From a virus (taxonomy: Duplodnaviria; Caudoviricetes): a DNA stretch of 64,000 nucleotides. Shown in pieces: positions 50,735 through 60,502 of this stretch (position 1 is its first letter; each line of letters opens with the position of its first letter). Position numbers and translations under genes: made by a program. The DNA lies in IMG/VR virus record IMGVR_UViG_3300011989_000009, positions 1-64,000 of that record. One strand, given 5' to 3'. The notes beneath the pieces were generated by a model. It searched no databases. It had not been told where the DNA came from and saw only the letters and a list, made by a program, of their open reading frames with translations.

Positions 50735-51616
50735 TTAAAGTGTATACTCTGGTAATGTGATATGGAAATAATCTTCTAAAAACTTTTTGTAATCAACAGA
50801 TTCTCCAAAGATACCCCCCCTAAATTCCTTTTGGGTCATCAACCATTGCTGATACTGATCGTATCTGTCGAAGAAAACGTTGGCATAGAAATATTGATAT
50901 ACATTTCCATGATAGTTCTTGACGACATCAGAATCCTTATGTGACGACATAAACTTCCATGCCGCACGAAGATAAGCCTTCACCATACCTGGATAGACTT
51001 TGAACTCAGCAAGACGACCTTTGTAATACTTCAACGGACAGCATATACAGCCCAAACGCCGGGAAATATCAACAGAACCATCCTCTCGATAATACAAAGG
51101 ATGGAGCTTTATCTTGCGCTCATTGATGAAGTCAAGCTCGTCTTTATCCGTCCAGTCAAGAATGGGATATATAGCATTGGCATGCACAGCCTTACTGCCA
51201 TAGATACGGCATTCCGTTGGCTCTGAGTAGCGCTTATAGCGCTTGGTACTCTCACATCTACGAATCCCCATCACGACATTATCCATCACCTTGTACTCTT
51301 TCAGCACTTCGCAACAGAAACGATGCCTACGATTAGGAAAGCCTTTGGCAGCAACTAAATGGAAGAAGGTCTCATTCTTGCGAATGATCTTTGCTCCCTG
51401 TTCCTGTACATGCTTGATAGTGCCCGGCGGGTCTATAGTAGTGTTCTTGTATATGGCACGGTACTCTATCCCGCTCATTTTGGCAAGCTCCAATATAACA
51501 TCAGAATCCTTGCCACCACTATAAGCTATCTCCAACGGCTCACCAGCAGCCTTGTAGCAAACTTGCAAGAGCTTAACAGCTTGCGAAACTTTCTTCTGTA
51601 AGTGTATATTCATCAT
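50735..51616 (-). CDS. PAPS reductase family (CysH/DndC-like) protein
   Basis: AYSGGKDS PP-loop; FCCEVLK; RLGCICCP. Confidence 0.88.
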   Translation of the reverse strand: MMNIHLQKKVSQAVKLLQVCYKAAGEPLEIAYSGGKDSDVILELAKMSGIEYRAIYKNTTIDPPGTIKHVQEQGAKIIRKNETFFHLVAAKGFPNRRHRFCCEVLKEYKVMDNVVMGIRRCESTKRYKRYSEPTECRIYGSKAVHANAIYPILDWTDKDELDFINERKIKLHPLYYREDGSVDISRRLGCICCPLKYYKGRLAEFKVYPGMVKAYLRAAWKFMSSHKDSDVVKNYHGNVYQYFYANVFFDRYDQYQQWLMTQKEFRGGIFGESVDYKKFLEDYFHITLPEYTL

Positions 51617-51671
51617 TCTATTAATAGAATCATTTTATCTTTTAAAAAGCGGATCGCCGTCATTCATTTTA

Positions 51672-51950
51672 TACCGACTTTTTGAGTGTGGGCAAATTTT
51701 CAATGAATATTCACCGATTTTTTGAGTGTGGGCAAATCTTCAATGAATTTTGAGCCACTTTTCTTTGTAGTGGGCAAATTTTCAATGAATATTCACCGAT
51801 TTTTTTGTAGTGGGCAAATTTTCAATGAATTTTGAGCCACTTTTCTTTGTAGTGGGCAAATTTTCAATGAATTTTGAGCCACTTTTCTTTGTAGTGGGCA
51901 AATTTTCAATGAATATGTAATGCTTTTTCTAAAGTGGGTCAATTTTCAAC
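51672..51950 (-). repeat. Tandem repeat array, same family as 16095-16350 but inverted
   Basis: About seven copies of (TA)GTGGGCAAATTTTCAATGAAT on the plus strand. Confidence 0.9.
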
Positions 51951-51994
51951 TTCCGAAGCACTGATTTAGACTGAGACAGACAATTTTCAAAGTC

Positions 51995-52375
51995 GGAAGT
52001 AGCCTCGGAGTACTACGAGGCATGATTTTCACTTTCAAATTTGCCCTCGGAGTATCGCGAGGCATGAATTTCACTTTCAAATTTGCCCTCGGAGTACTAC
52101 GAGGCACGATTTGAACTTCAAAATGTACCATCGTTATACAACGATGCACCATCTGAACTTTCAAATATACTGTTATCATTCAATATCGCACTTCGGAAAC
52201 TTCAAATTTGTCCTCGGAGTACTACGAGGCACAATCTTGACTTTCAGATTTGCCCTCGGAGTACTACGAGGCATGATTTTCACTTTCAGATTTACCCTCG
52301 GAGGACGACGAGGTACTTTCTGAACTTTCAGATTTGCCATCATCGTTCAATGTCGCCACTTTGAAATTTCAAATA
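51995..52375. repeat. 39-bp hairpin-containing tandem repeats
   Basis: CCTCG-GAGTACTA-CGAGG recurs six times with TTTCAAAT linkers. Confidence 0.9.
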
Positions 52376-52822
52376 GTTCTTTTTTACTCGCTCTGCTACT
52401 GCCAAGGCTTCCTCTTTTGTTTTGAAGTAATTTCCAGCCTGGAAGCGTTGGAGGTCGGAATCCGAGCCGGTAGAGATAACAGCCTGCACAGACAGCAAGT
52501 CCGTGACATAGAAATAGAGAGCATCAATCGCAGGTACATTTACGGCAAAGTGCCCAATATTGTCTTCATTTACAAAAATATCGTCATCTTTACGAGGTTC
52601 CGGCAGATGAATCTCACGGTAATAATCCTTCACCATCTTTGATAGTTCTGAATCTTCCATAACATAGCTTATTTCTATGTCATGCCGAATAAAATAGATT
52701 AACATAACATCTTCGCCATTTAAAAGGCAAGAATTTTCTCCTCCTAAATCCGTGAGCATCTTAATCACCTCATTACCGCGACCTTCTACACCACGGATGT
52801 ACACTTTCTGTTCGTCTGTCAT
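52340..52822 (-). CDS. Hypothetical protein, paralog of 54682-55371
   Basis: MTDEQKVYIRG..AGNYFKTKEEA; C-terminus runs into a repeat. Confidence 0.7.
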   Translation of the reverse strand: MTDEQKVYIRGVEGRGNEVIKMLTDLGGENSCLLNGEDVMLIYFIRHDIEISYVMEDSELSKMVKDYYREIHLPEPRKDDDIFVNEDNIGHFAVNVPAIDALYFYVTDLLSVQAVISTGSDSDLQRFQAGNYFKTKEEALAVAERVKKNYLKFQSGDIER

Positions 52823-52843
52823 AAGTCTGCCTATGTTATATTA

Positions 52844-53785
52844 TTATTTAAAATATTGTTCACATTTGAAATCCTTTCGTGGAATATATTGTTTGAAATC
52901 TGTGGATGCAAATAACTCTCTCCTGTTGCTCCACCTTGCCATATCGCGTTCCCATTGCGGTATATCCTGATGCACTTTTGTAAAATTAAGCATCGGCTGC
53001 GATTGACAACGGACGTAACTAACGTATTTCGGTTGCCTCCAATAGCTTATACGTTCATAACATTCGAGGATATTTCCATAAATCATTGTATATAGAAGAT
53101 ACTGGCGATGCCGTCCTGAATAGCGGTCTATTCTCTCAATAGCAGTAACGCAAGCCTCTATTTGTGAATGCGTATCACAGCCAAAACGAATAAAAGGATG
53201 CCAACGAACACGAGCAATTAAACGAGCAACTTCGTCCGTAACAAGACGTGCGTCCATAGCCTGATTAAAATCCACCATATAGCCACGATATGCAATCTTG
53301 TCAATTTGTTCCAATCCATAATCACAAGCCAACACATTATTATCCATCAATATCAATTTGTTTCGGCCTTCAATAGCTATATCGTCAACATCCATATAAG
53401 GTTTTATGGTTCCTTCTTTCTTTGGAACAACACACCACGGACATTTATTTATACAACCACGAGTCAAGAAGCCATAGGCTGTATGCTTGTCTATCATCTT
53501 TCCATACAATGAATAATCCGGCTGTGTGTGGTCAATCTCGTAAGGAAGGCAAGAGTAGACATCATATCCGGTACCTCCCCGAACAATTTCTTTAGCATTA
53601 GCAATTGAAAAAACATAATCTGGAGTATGAGTAAACACTTTTGACATGTAAAGTTTGTCATAGCAACCAAACATAGAGTCATAGAACTCTACATGATCGC
53701 CATGAGACTTATGCCATCTGGAAATCTTCATCAGGGCCAAATTAGGATAGTGATGTCCATCGACATCAAGCAAAGCTATATTCAT
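52844..53785 (-). CDS. Radical SAM protein
   Basis: TRGCINKCPWC CxxxCxxC motif. Confidence 0.85.
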   Translation of the reverse strand: MNIALLDVDGHHYPNLALMKISRWHKSHGDHVEFYDSMFGCYDKLYMSKVFTHTPDYVFSIANAKEIVRGGTGYDVYSCLPYEIDHTQPDYSLYGKMIDKHTAYGFLTRGCINKCPWCVVPKKEGTIKPYMDVDDIAIEGRNKLILMDNNVLACDYGLEQIDKIAYRGYMVDFNQAMDARLVTDEVARLIARVRWHPFIRFGCDTHSQIEACVTAIERIDRYSGRHRQYLLYTMIYGNILECYERISYWRQPKYVSYVRCQSQPMLNFTKVHQDIPQWERDMARWSNRRELFASTDFKQYIPRKDFKCEQYFK

Positions 53786-53868
53786 ACTTCTTCTTTGTCT
53801 TTCTCATAATCGTTTATGATTTTAACAGCTTGCGGCTTTGAAACAGCCGCAAGCATTAAGGGAGAAAA

Positions 53869-54570
53869 TTAAAGTTCAAACGCCGTGCAAGGACGAACGT
53901 AGTAGCCGTTGCACTTGCTGACCCAGTAGCAGACGTCGCCCGAACCGAAGTTCACGCCCCAGCTGTTCCACGCACTGTACTCGCTTGATGACCAATATGT
54001 ATCCTCTTTCATCGGAGTTCCACCTACCATTACAAGAGCCTTGTTCAGCTCTTTGCGAAAGAGGAACATGGCTGCGAGCTGCCCGGCAGTAGGAATGTAC
54101 AAGTCAGCATCCAACTCGAATATAATACCAGCAGTCCGAAGATGCTCTGTACAAGACTTCATATCGAAGTCATTAAGAGCCTCGATTTCGCACTTGTAGA
54201 ATGAGGAGGTATCTTCTGGGTGCGAATCATCTGAAAACAGAGGTAATTTATCACCCTTCAAATCTTCTTTCGCAACAACCCACTTGTGTCCATGGTAGCT
54301 GACCATAATATTGCACTCCCTTGAATTTTGTATCCCGGAAATAGCTCCGAAAGGAACTGGCGGATACCCCTTTTCAACAATATATACGCCATCTTCGATT
54401 GGCTCGATGTATTCATGCTTACAACCGTCTTCTTCGTCATCTGACGGAGTACGTGTTACGAACGGCTCCTTGAAGCCAAAGATTAACAAAGCGTAAGCCT
54501 TTGCTTCGTCAAAGTTGCTTGCGTTGTCAACAGACAATCGCAATAATTTTAATTTCTGTTCGTCTTCCAT
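53869..54570 (-). CDS. DUF1566-like CLec-fold protein with DGR-type variable C-terminus
   Basis: YIPTAGQL..YWSSSEYSAWNSWGVNF..VRPCTAF. Confidence 0.8.
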   Translation of the reverse strand: MEDEQKLKLLRLSVDNASNFDEAKAYALLIFGFKEPFVTRTPSDDEEDGCKHEYIEPIEDGVYIVEKGYPPVPFGAISGIQNSRECNIMVSYHGHKWVVAKEDLKGDKLPLFSDDSHPEDTSSFYKCEIEALNDFDMKSCTEHLRTAGIIFELDADLYIPTAGQLAAMFLFRKELNKALVMVGGTPMKEDTYWSSSEYSAWNSWGVNFGSGDVCYWVSKCNGYYVRPCTAFEL

Positions 54571-54681
54571 AATTCACTGTTTCTTGCATTTAACGATTTT
54601 CATTATCGCCCTCGGTTTGTCGCAGAACTCTTGATTAACCCTAATAGCGTTATCTTCGTACAAATCGTTATCTCGTCATAG

Positions 54682-55371
54682 TCATTCTCCTTTCAATGCT
54701 TTTCTCACACGTTCCGCGGCTGCCTCGGCTTCTTCTTTGGTAAGGAAACAGTTCCCAGCACGAAGAAGCGCTTCGTCAACAGAGCCATCACACCATGTTG
54801 TGTCAACCACCGAACCATAGGCGGAGACAGCATAATACTTCTGTCCGCAATTAGGGTGGCGTCCCAAACCCACCAGCACCTTGTTCACTGCGTCCCACCA
54901 TACATGATGATCGTTATTGATGAGCGAATAGAACGTTGATTTCTCAGCGTCTGTAGCCTTGCGATAATTATCAGCAGGGTCTGTGGGAATGGTTACTCCA
55001 GTGAAGCACGTGTCTTTACTCACATACACATGACACAAAAAACCTTTTCCATTATCGACTGGCTCCTGATAAACACAGAAGATGCCATTATTGTCTTTTC
55101 TGATGAGTATATCCCCGTCACTCCACTTCTCCTGTAGCTTTATTTCACGGTAGTTGTCTTTGATGATTTCAAAGGCTTCTCCCTTTGAATCCGTATAAGC
55201 GATTTGACCGTCGTGCCCGATAATGAACACAAAGTAGGGGATATTACCAAACGCATAGAGACGCATAGACCCTACCTGGTCAGTTTTTCCTCCCAGCCTT
55301 TCTAAAGCTGCAATTACATCAATTCCCCGGCCCATAGCGCCACGGATGTACACTTTCTGTTCGTCTGTCAT
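54682..55371 (-). CDS. Hypothetical protein
   Basis: MTDEQKVYIRG paralog. Confidence 0.7.
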   Translation of the reverse strand: MTDEQKVYIRGAMGRGIDVIAALERLGGKTDQVGSMRLYAFGNIPYFVFIIGHDGQIAYTDSKGEAFEIIKDNYREIKLQEKWSDGDILIRKDNNGIFCVYQEPVDNGKGFLCHVYVSKDTCFTGVTIPTDPADNYRKATDAEKSTFYSLINNDHHVWWDAVNKVLVGLGRHPNCGQKYYAVSAYGSVVDTTWCDGSVDEALLRAGNCFLTKEEAEAAAERVRKALKGE

Positions 55372-55431
55372 AGTTATTCTTCTTTTTGTTTTCTGAACCC
55401 CCGTCATGCCGATAGGACAGCAACTGGTTGA

Positions 55432-55956
55432 TTACTGAATATCCGAGAGGTCAATATCCTCCAGTTTGGCTCTGCGCTCCAGCACACGGAGATACTGTTC
55501 CATGTAGGTCACCTGCTCTCCATAGAAGGAACGAGGACAAGGTGGAATGAAGTCGAGCTTCATGTCATCCCATGCATCGAGCATCTTTTTCAGACCGTCG
55601 AAGCGGTTTTTGAGTTGGATGTACTCGGCTTTGAAACGCTCCTTGTAGTCAGGCGAAATCATCATATCGCGGGTACTGGCGAGGACGCGATTCTTAGCCG
55701 ACAACTCCGTCTGGAGGGAATATCCAAGAAGATACCAGACCTTGTTCTCGATACGTTTCAGACATACTTGTTTACCGATTTCCTCATTGTAGTTCTTCGG
55801 ATCCACGCATGTTGTGGACTCACGGAGCGTGAAGCCATTCTTCATGCGCACCGTCACATAGGTGCACGGTTTACCGAACTCTACAACTGTCCGAACGAGA
55901 ACGTTCTTCATGTTCTCTGCCACCTCTTCGGGTGTTACTGTAATGTTTGTTTCCAT
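55432..55956 (-). CDS. N4 gp49-like domain fused to crAss001_48-like helical domain (possible anti-defence sponge)
   Basis: MKNGFTL..CVDPKNYNEEIGK..VWYLLGY plus DYKERFKAEYIQL..MEQYLRVLERR. Confidence 0.65.
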   Translation of the reverse strand: METNITVTPEEVAENMKNVLVRTVVEFGKPCTYVTVRMKNGFTLRESTTCVDPKNYNEEIGKQVCLKRIENKVWYLLGYSLQTELSAKNRVLASTRDMMISPDYKERFKAEYIQLKNRFDGLKKMLDAWDDMKLDFIPPCPRSFYGEQVTYMEQYLRVLERRAKLEDIDLSDIQ

Positions 55957-56056
55957 AATTTACTATTTTACTTGGTTATCTATTTTCTCTTTTTTTATAC
56001 CCAGTCGATGTGATTTTCCGTGATAAAGAAATGACTTTTGCAAGGAGAGTCGAATT

Positions 56057-56530
56057 TCATAAATTTCCATTGTCGTTATTCTTAGTTACTTTAATATTTC
56101 TTTCGCTCCCGAATGGGCTTGTATGCTCGAAGGCGTCGTTGGTTATGTTGGACCTCTCTTCGGGTTTTTTCTCCAACCACATGCTATGTTCGATTACCTT
56201 CTGCATATCGAATAATACATCTGCGGTATCGTCGTAACCGATGCCGTGGTTCTCGCCATATTCCACACCCCAACACAGTTTACGGAGCTTATGTATCGAT
56301 TCCTCAACCTCGAACCGCATGACATACCATTCATCGCTGCCAATCTTTCCTGCTTCCTTGCCTTTGTAGAGCTTCTCAAACGCATTTTCGCAGCACTCTT
56401 GGAGCGAGAAGTTCAGTTGACCGAGAATCAGTCTGTCTGTCACCCGGCAAGCGTAGGCAAGAAGCTTTAGCTGCCGCTCATTGAGCGTGATGATGAATTG
56501 TTTATCGTTTTTCTTTTCCATTGTCGCCAC
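56057..56530 (-). CDS. Hypothetical protein (tandem duplicate B)
   Basis: Paralog of 56502-56972. Confidence 0.75.
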   Translation of the reverse strand: MATMEKKNDKQFIITLNERQLKLLAYACRVTDRLILGQLNFSLQECCENAFEKLYKGKEAGKIGSDEWYVMRFEVEESIHKLRKLCWGVEYGENHGIGYDDTADVLFDMQKVIEHSMWLEKKPEERSNITNDAFEHTSPFGSERNIKVTKNNDNGNL

Positions 56531-56972
56531 ACTTAGTTACTTTAATATTTCTTTCGCTCCCGATTTGGTTTGTGTGCTCGAAAGCGTCACTGGTTATGTC
56601 GCACCGCTCTTCTGGGTCTTTCTCCAGCCACAAGGCATGTTCCATAACCTTCCGCATATCCAAGAGAATGTCAGCGGTATCGTTGAACCCTATACCGTGG
56701 TTCTCTCCATATTCCACGCCCCAGCACACCCTGCGAAGTGTGTGTATAGACAGATCGACAAGAGACCGCATGATATTCCACGGCTGGCTGCCAATCTCTC
56801 CAAGGCCATCCTTCTTGTGGATTTTCTCAAACGCATTCTCGCAGCACTCTCGAAGCGAGCAGTCAAGCTGACCAGTAATCAGTCTATCTGTCATCCGGCA
56901 AGCATAAGCAAGGGATTTTAGCTGCCGCTCGTTGAGAGTGATGGTGAATTGTTTGTTGTTATTCTTTGACAT
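56502..56972 (-). CDS. Hypothetical protein (tandem duplicate A)
   Basis: Start MSKNN; KQFTITLNERQLK. Confidence 0.75.
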   Translation of the reverse strand: MSKNNNKQFTITLNERQLKSLAYACRMTDRLITGQLDCSLRECCENAFEKIHKKDGLGEIGSQPWNIMRSLVDLSIHTLRRVCWGVEYGENHGIGFNDTADILLDMRKVMEHALWLEKDPEERCDITSDAFEHTNQIGSERNIKVTKCGDNGKEKR

Positions 56973-56976
56973 GACC

Positions 56977-57216
56977 TTAGTATTCAGGAAATTGATTGAT
57001 ATAGTCCACAGCCTCGCCAAAAGTATGTATCTTATTAGCTTCGGCATCGGGTATGCTGATACCAAACTCTTTCTCTGCATCCATCACAAGAAAGGCGACA
57101 TCAAGGCTATCAGCGTCGAGGTCTTCGGTGAAGTTGGCATCACGCGACACTTCGCTTTCCTCTACGCCTAACCGGTCTATCACAATATCTTTCAGTCGTT
57201 GTTCTGTTGCTCTCAT
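56977..57216 (-). CDS. acpP: Acyl carrier protein
   Basis: [34 protein letters not shown]. Confidence 0.92.
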   Translation of the reverse strand: MRATEQRLKDIVIDRLGVEESEVSRDANFTEDLDADSLDVAFLVMDAEKEFGISIPDAEANKIHTFGEAVDYINQFPEY

Positions 57217-57528
57217 TGTCTCTTATGTTTATTATGTCTTTACTTGTTTTTCGTCTTGATTGATGACTACACCCCAAACTCAAATTCGGCCATAGTTGGC
57301 CACTTGCTTTTGCGTTTCCGTTTTGGTTTGTTTTGCCCCCCCATTTACGTTGCGAGAGGTAACAAGGGCATCCTTCCCAAGGAATGGCTGACAAACTCAT
57401 ACCATTGTAAATGCTTTTAGCGCAATGACATTCATCGTGGTAGTAATCCACGCAACCGATGCACTTCGGCTCGTAACCTGTTATTATGCTTATTTTCTAT
57501 CTCCTTATAATTTTGCCTGTATTCAGGA

Positions 57529-57879
57529 TTACATGATTTTCTTTCCCAACTTAATAACGAGTACATCTTTGTCTACCGGTGCGCCCCATTCCGTCTTACC
57601 ACGTCCGACGGTCACGCTGTCAATCTCATACAGCGCACACACCGAACTATACCCACGATGGAACATGACGTATTTAATATTCTTACCGAACCGACGCTGC
57701 CATGTATTGATGGCACGATATTCTTCCGTCTTCTCGCCACTGGCAATCATATCATACCATTTGTATTTCAGTACGAGATGCACCGTATTCGACACCGGCT
57801 TCTTCTTGGGCGTATAGATGATTTCCACAATCGACATTTTGTTTACGCTATTACTATGTCTCACTTCCAACACATCCAC
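57529..57879 (-). CDS. ASCH domain protein
   Basis: HLVLKYKWYDMIASGEKTEEYR. Confidence 0.8.
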   Translation of the reverse strand: MDVLEVRHSNSVNKMSIVEIIYTPKKKPVSNTVHLVLKYKWYDMIASGEKTEEYRAINTWQRRFGKNIKYVMFHRGYSSVCALYEIDSVTVGRGKTEWGAPVDKDVLVIKLGKKIM

Positions 57880-58256
57880 GCATACATCTTCTTCACCGTC
57901 TCTATTGCCTCAGAGAGCGTGGGACGCAACCGTGAGCCATTGAAGCACCGCATCGTGTCGGCCAACAACCGACAACGGTCATCATTCTCCAGTTCTTCCG
58001 GATCGTTGGAATACTCATCTTCGTCTGGATCCTTGTCTGTACGAGGATCATAGATATTACTATAAGCCTCCTTAATGTCATCATCATCAGCCGAACCGAT
58101 ATTCTCTCCGATGAACTCACTCTGCTTATGGCTCGACAGTTCATCAAAAATCTCGTTACACGCCTTGTATAATTCCTCATCCGAAGAGATGTTGATCAGC
58201 TCCTTCAAAAGCTTCTCCTTTGATTTTGTCTCATTCGTTTTCTTTTCCATGCTCAT
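57861..58256 (-). CDS. Hypothetical acidic protein
   Basis: 131-aa ORF. Confidence 0.65.
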   Translation of the reverse strand: MSMEKKTNETKSKEKLLKELINISSDEELYKACNEIFDELSSHKQSEFIGENIGSADDDDIKEAYSNIYDPRTDKDPDEDEYSNDPEELENDDRCRLLADTMRCFNGSRLRPTLSEAIETVKKMYAWMCWK

Positions 58257-58273
58257 GCCCTTATGTTATTATG

Positions 58274-58948
58274 TTACTTTGTCTTTTTCTTATTACTCTG
58301 TCTCTTACGCAGGAGCCGACGTTTCGCCTGGTATGTATTCATCCGCTTATCATAATAGTTTTCCATGCTCTCGGCATAGTCAGCGAAGAGCTGCTGCTCC
58401 TCTTCACTACCTTGTGAACGTGTCAGACTAAACGCCGACGCGAGCTGTTGCAGGGCGACACGCACCCCGTCGAACTGCTCGAAATGATAGTTCTCGTCGG
58501 GGAAGAGCACTTGCAGATCCTCCTGTATCGTTGCCAGCTTCGACTCGATGATGTCACTAAAGAACACCACCATATCCAGCATTCTGCCCACCCGCTTACC
58601 GAGCTCACGGCGCTTGATGTCGCTGACAGGGATGGTGTTGAGCAAGTCGCCAAACGGCACATTCTTATGCTCTACCTGTACCATCGTGCGCCGGATGAAC
58701 GCCAGTAGGAGCATGTCAGCCGCACGGCGGTCGTCCTGCTCGATACCCTTCGTGATAGCGGGCACGTTGGCACCGGGACGGTTGGCTACGTCAAACATCC
58801 GTTGCCGGTGCGCCACAATCTTCATAAACTTCTCATCGTGGACCAGCATCTCTATCACCGGCACATAGTCTTTCGGCTCACAGGCTGTGAGGTCCAACGG
58901 CATACACGAAGCAGGCAACTTCATGGGGTCTATCGTTCTCTTCTTCAT
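58274..58948 (-). CDS. Hypothetical protein
   Basis: 224-aa ORF. Confidence 0.7.
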   Translation of the reverse strand: MKKRTIDPMKLPASCMPLDLTACEPKDYVPVIEMLVHDEKFMKIVAHRQRMFDVANRPGANVPAITKGIEQDDRRAADMLLLAFIRRTMVQVEHKNVPFGDLLNTIPVSDIKRRELGKRVGRMLDMVVFFSDIIESKLATIQEDLQVLFPDENYHFEQFDGVRVALQQLASAFSLTRSQGSEEEQQLFADYAESMENYYDKRMNTYQAKRRLLRKRQSNKKKTK

Positions 58949-58990
58949 GGCTCCTAATTACTTATTTATCATAATTACTAATATAGTCAG

Positions 58991-59371
58991 TTATCGCATA
59001 TCGCCGCTGCCATCGATGACACCACGCTGCTGACGACTGGCCAACTTAGCAAGGTTCTGTTCTGCCACTTCGTCGAGGGACCAGCCCATGACGGTACAGA
59101 CACCGGCTAACTGCCACAGCACGTCACCGGCTTCTTTCTTAATCAGCTCTGCTTCTTCATCCGATACAGAGATGGTCTGCGTCATCGGACGCGTGCCCTG
59201 CTCGGTCAATGGCAGCGTGGCGATATGAAGTTGGTCGTGACGCACGGCCTTACCCAACTTACTCAACAGCTCACCGACCTCTCCGGCGAGATTGAAACCC
59301 ATATACACGATGTTGTTACACGTCGGCAAACAGGTGCTGAACGCTTTTTTCTGATATTCGTTTAAATCCAT
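58991..59371 (-). CDS. MazG-like nucleotide pyrophosphohydrolase
   Basis: LAGEVGE..KEAGDVLW..NLAKLASRQQRGVIDGSGD. Confidence 0.88.
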   Translation of the reverse strand: MDLNEYQKKAFSTCLPTCNNIVYMGFNLAGEVGELLSKLGKAVRHDQLHIATLPLTEQGTRPMTQTISVSDEEAELIKKEAGDVLWQLAGVCTVMGWSLDEVAEQNLAKLASRQQRGVIDGSGDMR

Positions 59372-59477
59372 ATTTTAATTGTTTTTGGTTCAAAAAAAAG
59401 ACCGAGGCAGAAGCGATGTATGGCTATCGCCCCACACGGGACGCCCCTTACCTCAGTCCAAGTTTTTCGTCAAGTCC

Positions 59478-60494
59478 TTAGTAAGGGTTGTGATACAGCG
59501 TAAATCCGTTCTGCTTACAGATATAGAAGAAGGTGCGGATGCTGACGCGCCCCGAAAGCTGCGCGAAGGAACTCCATTTGGCTTGCAACTCCTGCATAGA
59601 GTGTCCTTGTGCGTGTTCCTGAGCACGGAACACTGATAATCGCCACCAATAATGCAGGCCGACGTTGCCGAGATTGTACAGCGACATGCCGATATGCAGC
59701 CACTGATCATAGCTGCCGGTGATGTCAGCCCCACGCTGCTCTATCTTCTCCACCAACCGCTCCACATCAGCCTCCAGTGCGTCTTTCGTCTCGATGCGCT
59801 CACGGTAGACAGGACGCGGCACGAGTACCTGCCCGCCCATGTCGATACCGCTGTAGGCGATAGCGTTCTCATTGATATAGGGGTTATCATCATACGATGC
59901 GAAGCGGATGCGGGTAATATCGCTGCAATGAACATCGAGAACGATGCCCAATGCCGCATAGTCACGACGGATAGCCTTGAACTGCTCTTTATGATGCTCC
60001 GGATAAGCCAAAGGTATCAAGGCAAAATAGCCGGTACCACTACATGACTTCATGCACAAAGCTACCTCAGGACGATGGCGCAGGACACGCAGGATCGTTG
60101 TCATATCCTCTACGCTCTGATTGTCCTGACGGTCGATGTCGATACAGAGAAACCCAGTGTGCTGTTTCAGATTCTCCGTGATACGGCTTTTCATCACCAT
60201 CCGGCCATAACGCTTGTCAAAGGTATCACGAAGCTCAAAGAGGCCGGAGAGCGTAGCCCCAGGCAATAAGGTCTTGATCTTCTTGTACTGCGGCATCGCC
60301 TTCGCCTCTTTCGCTCCGTATTCGGCAATCATGCCCCTCAGTCGGTCCACCGTCGGCTTCCATCTGTCCGTAAGACAGAAGTCACGGATGGTCATCTGCT
60401 GGATGATCTCACCCGTCTCACGGTCAACGTACTTGCCATAGTTGTCGTGAGCGTCAACATAGACCGAACATAATTTGCCGAATATATCTTTCAT
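59478..60494 (-). CDS. BT4734/VirE-N family primase-like protein with PriCT-2 domain
   Basis: TGFLCIDID, SCSGTG, DITRIRFASYD, YDQWLHIGMSL. Confidence 0.82.
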   Translation of the reverse strand: MKDIFGKLCSVYVDAHDNYGKYVDRETGEIIQQMTIRDFCLTDRWKPTVDRLRGMIAEYGAKEAKAMPQYKKIKTLLPGATLSGLFELRDTFDKRYGRMVMKSRITENLKQHTGFLCIDIDRQDNQSVEDMTTILRVLRHRPEVALCMKSCSGTGYFALIPLAYPEHHKEQFKAIRRDYAALGIVLDVHCSDITRIRFASYDDNPYINENAIAYSGIDMGGQVLVPRPVYRERIETKDALEADVERLVEKIEQRGADITGSYDQWLHIGMSLYNLGNVGLHYWWRLSVFRAQEHAQGHSMQELQAKWSSFAQLSGRVSIRTFFYICKQNGFTLYHNPY

Positions 60495-60502
60495 AACGCT
60501 TA

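Noticed and set aside
50814-50820. Phase variation at the G7 tract in the PAPS reductase gene
   Set aside because: It is in frame and near the C-terminus, with no supporting pattern
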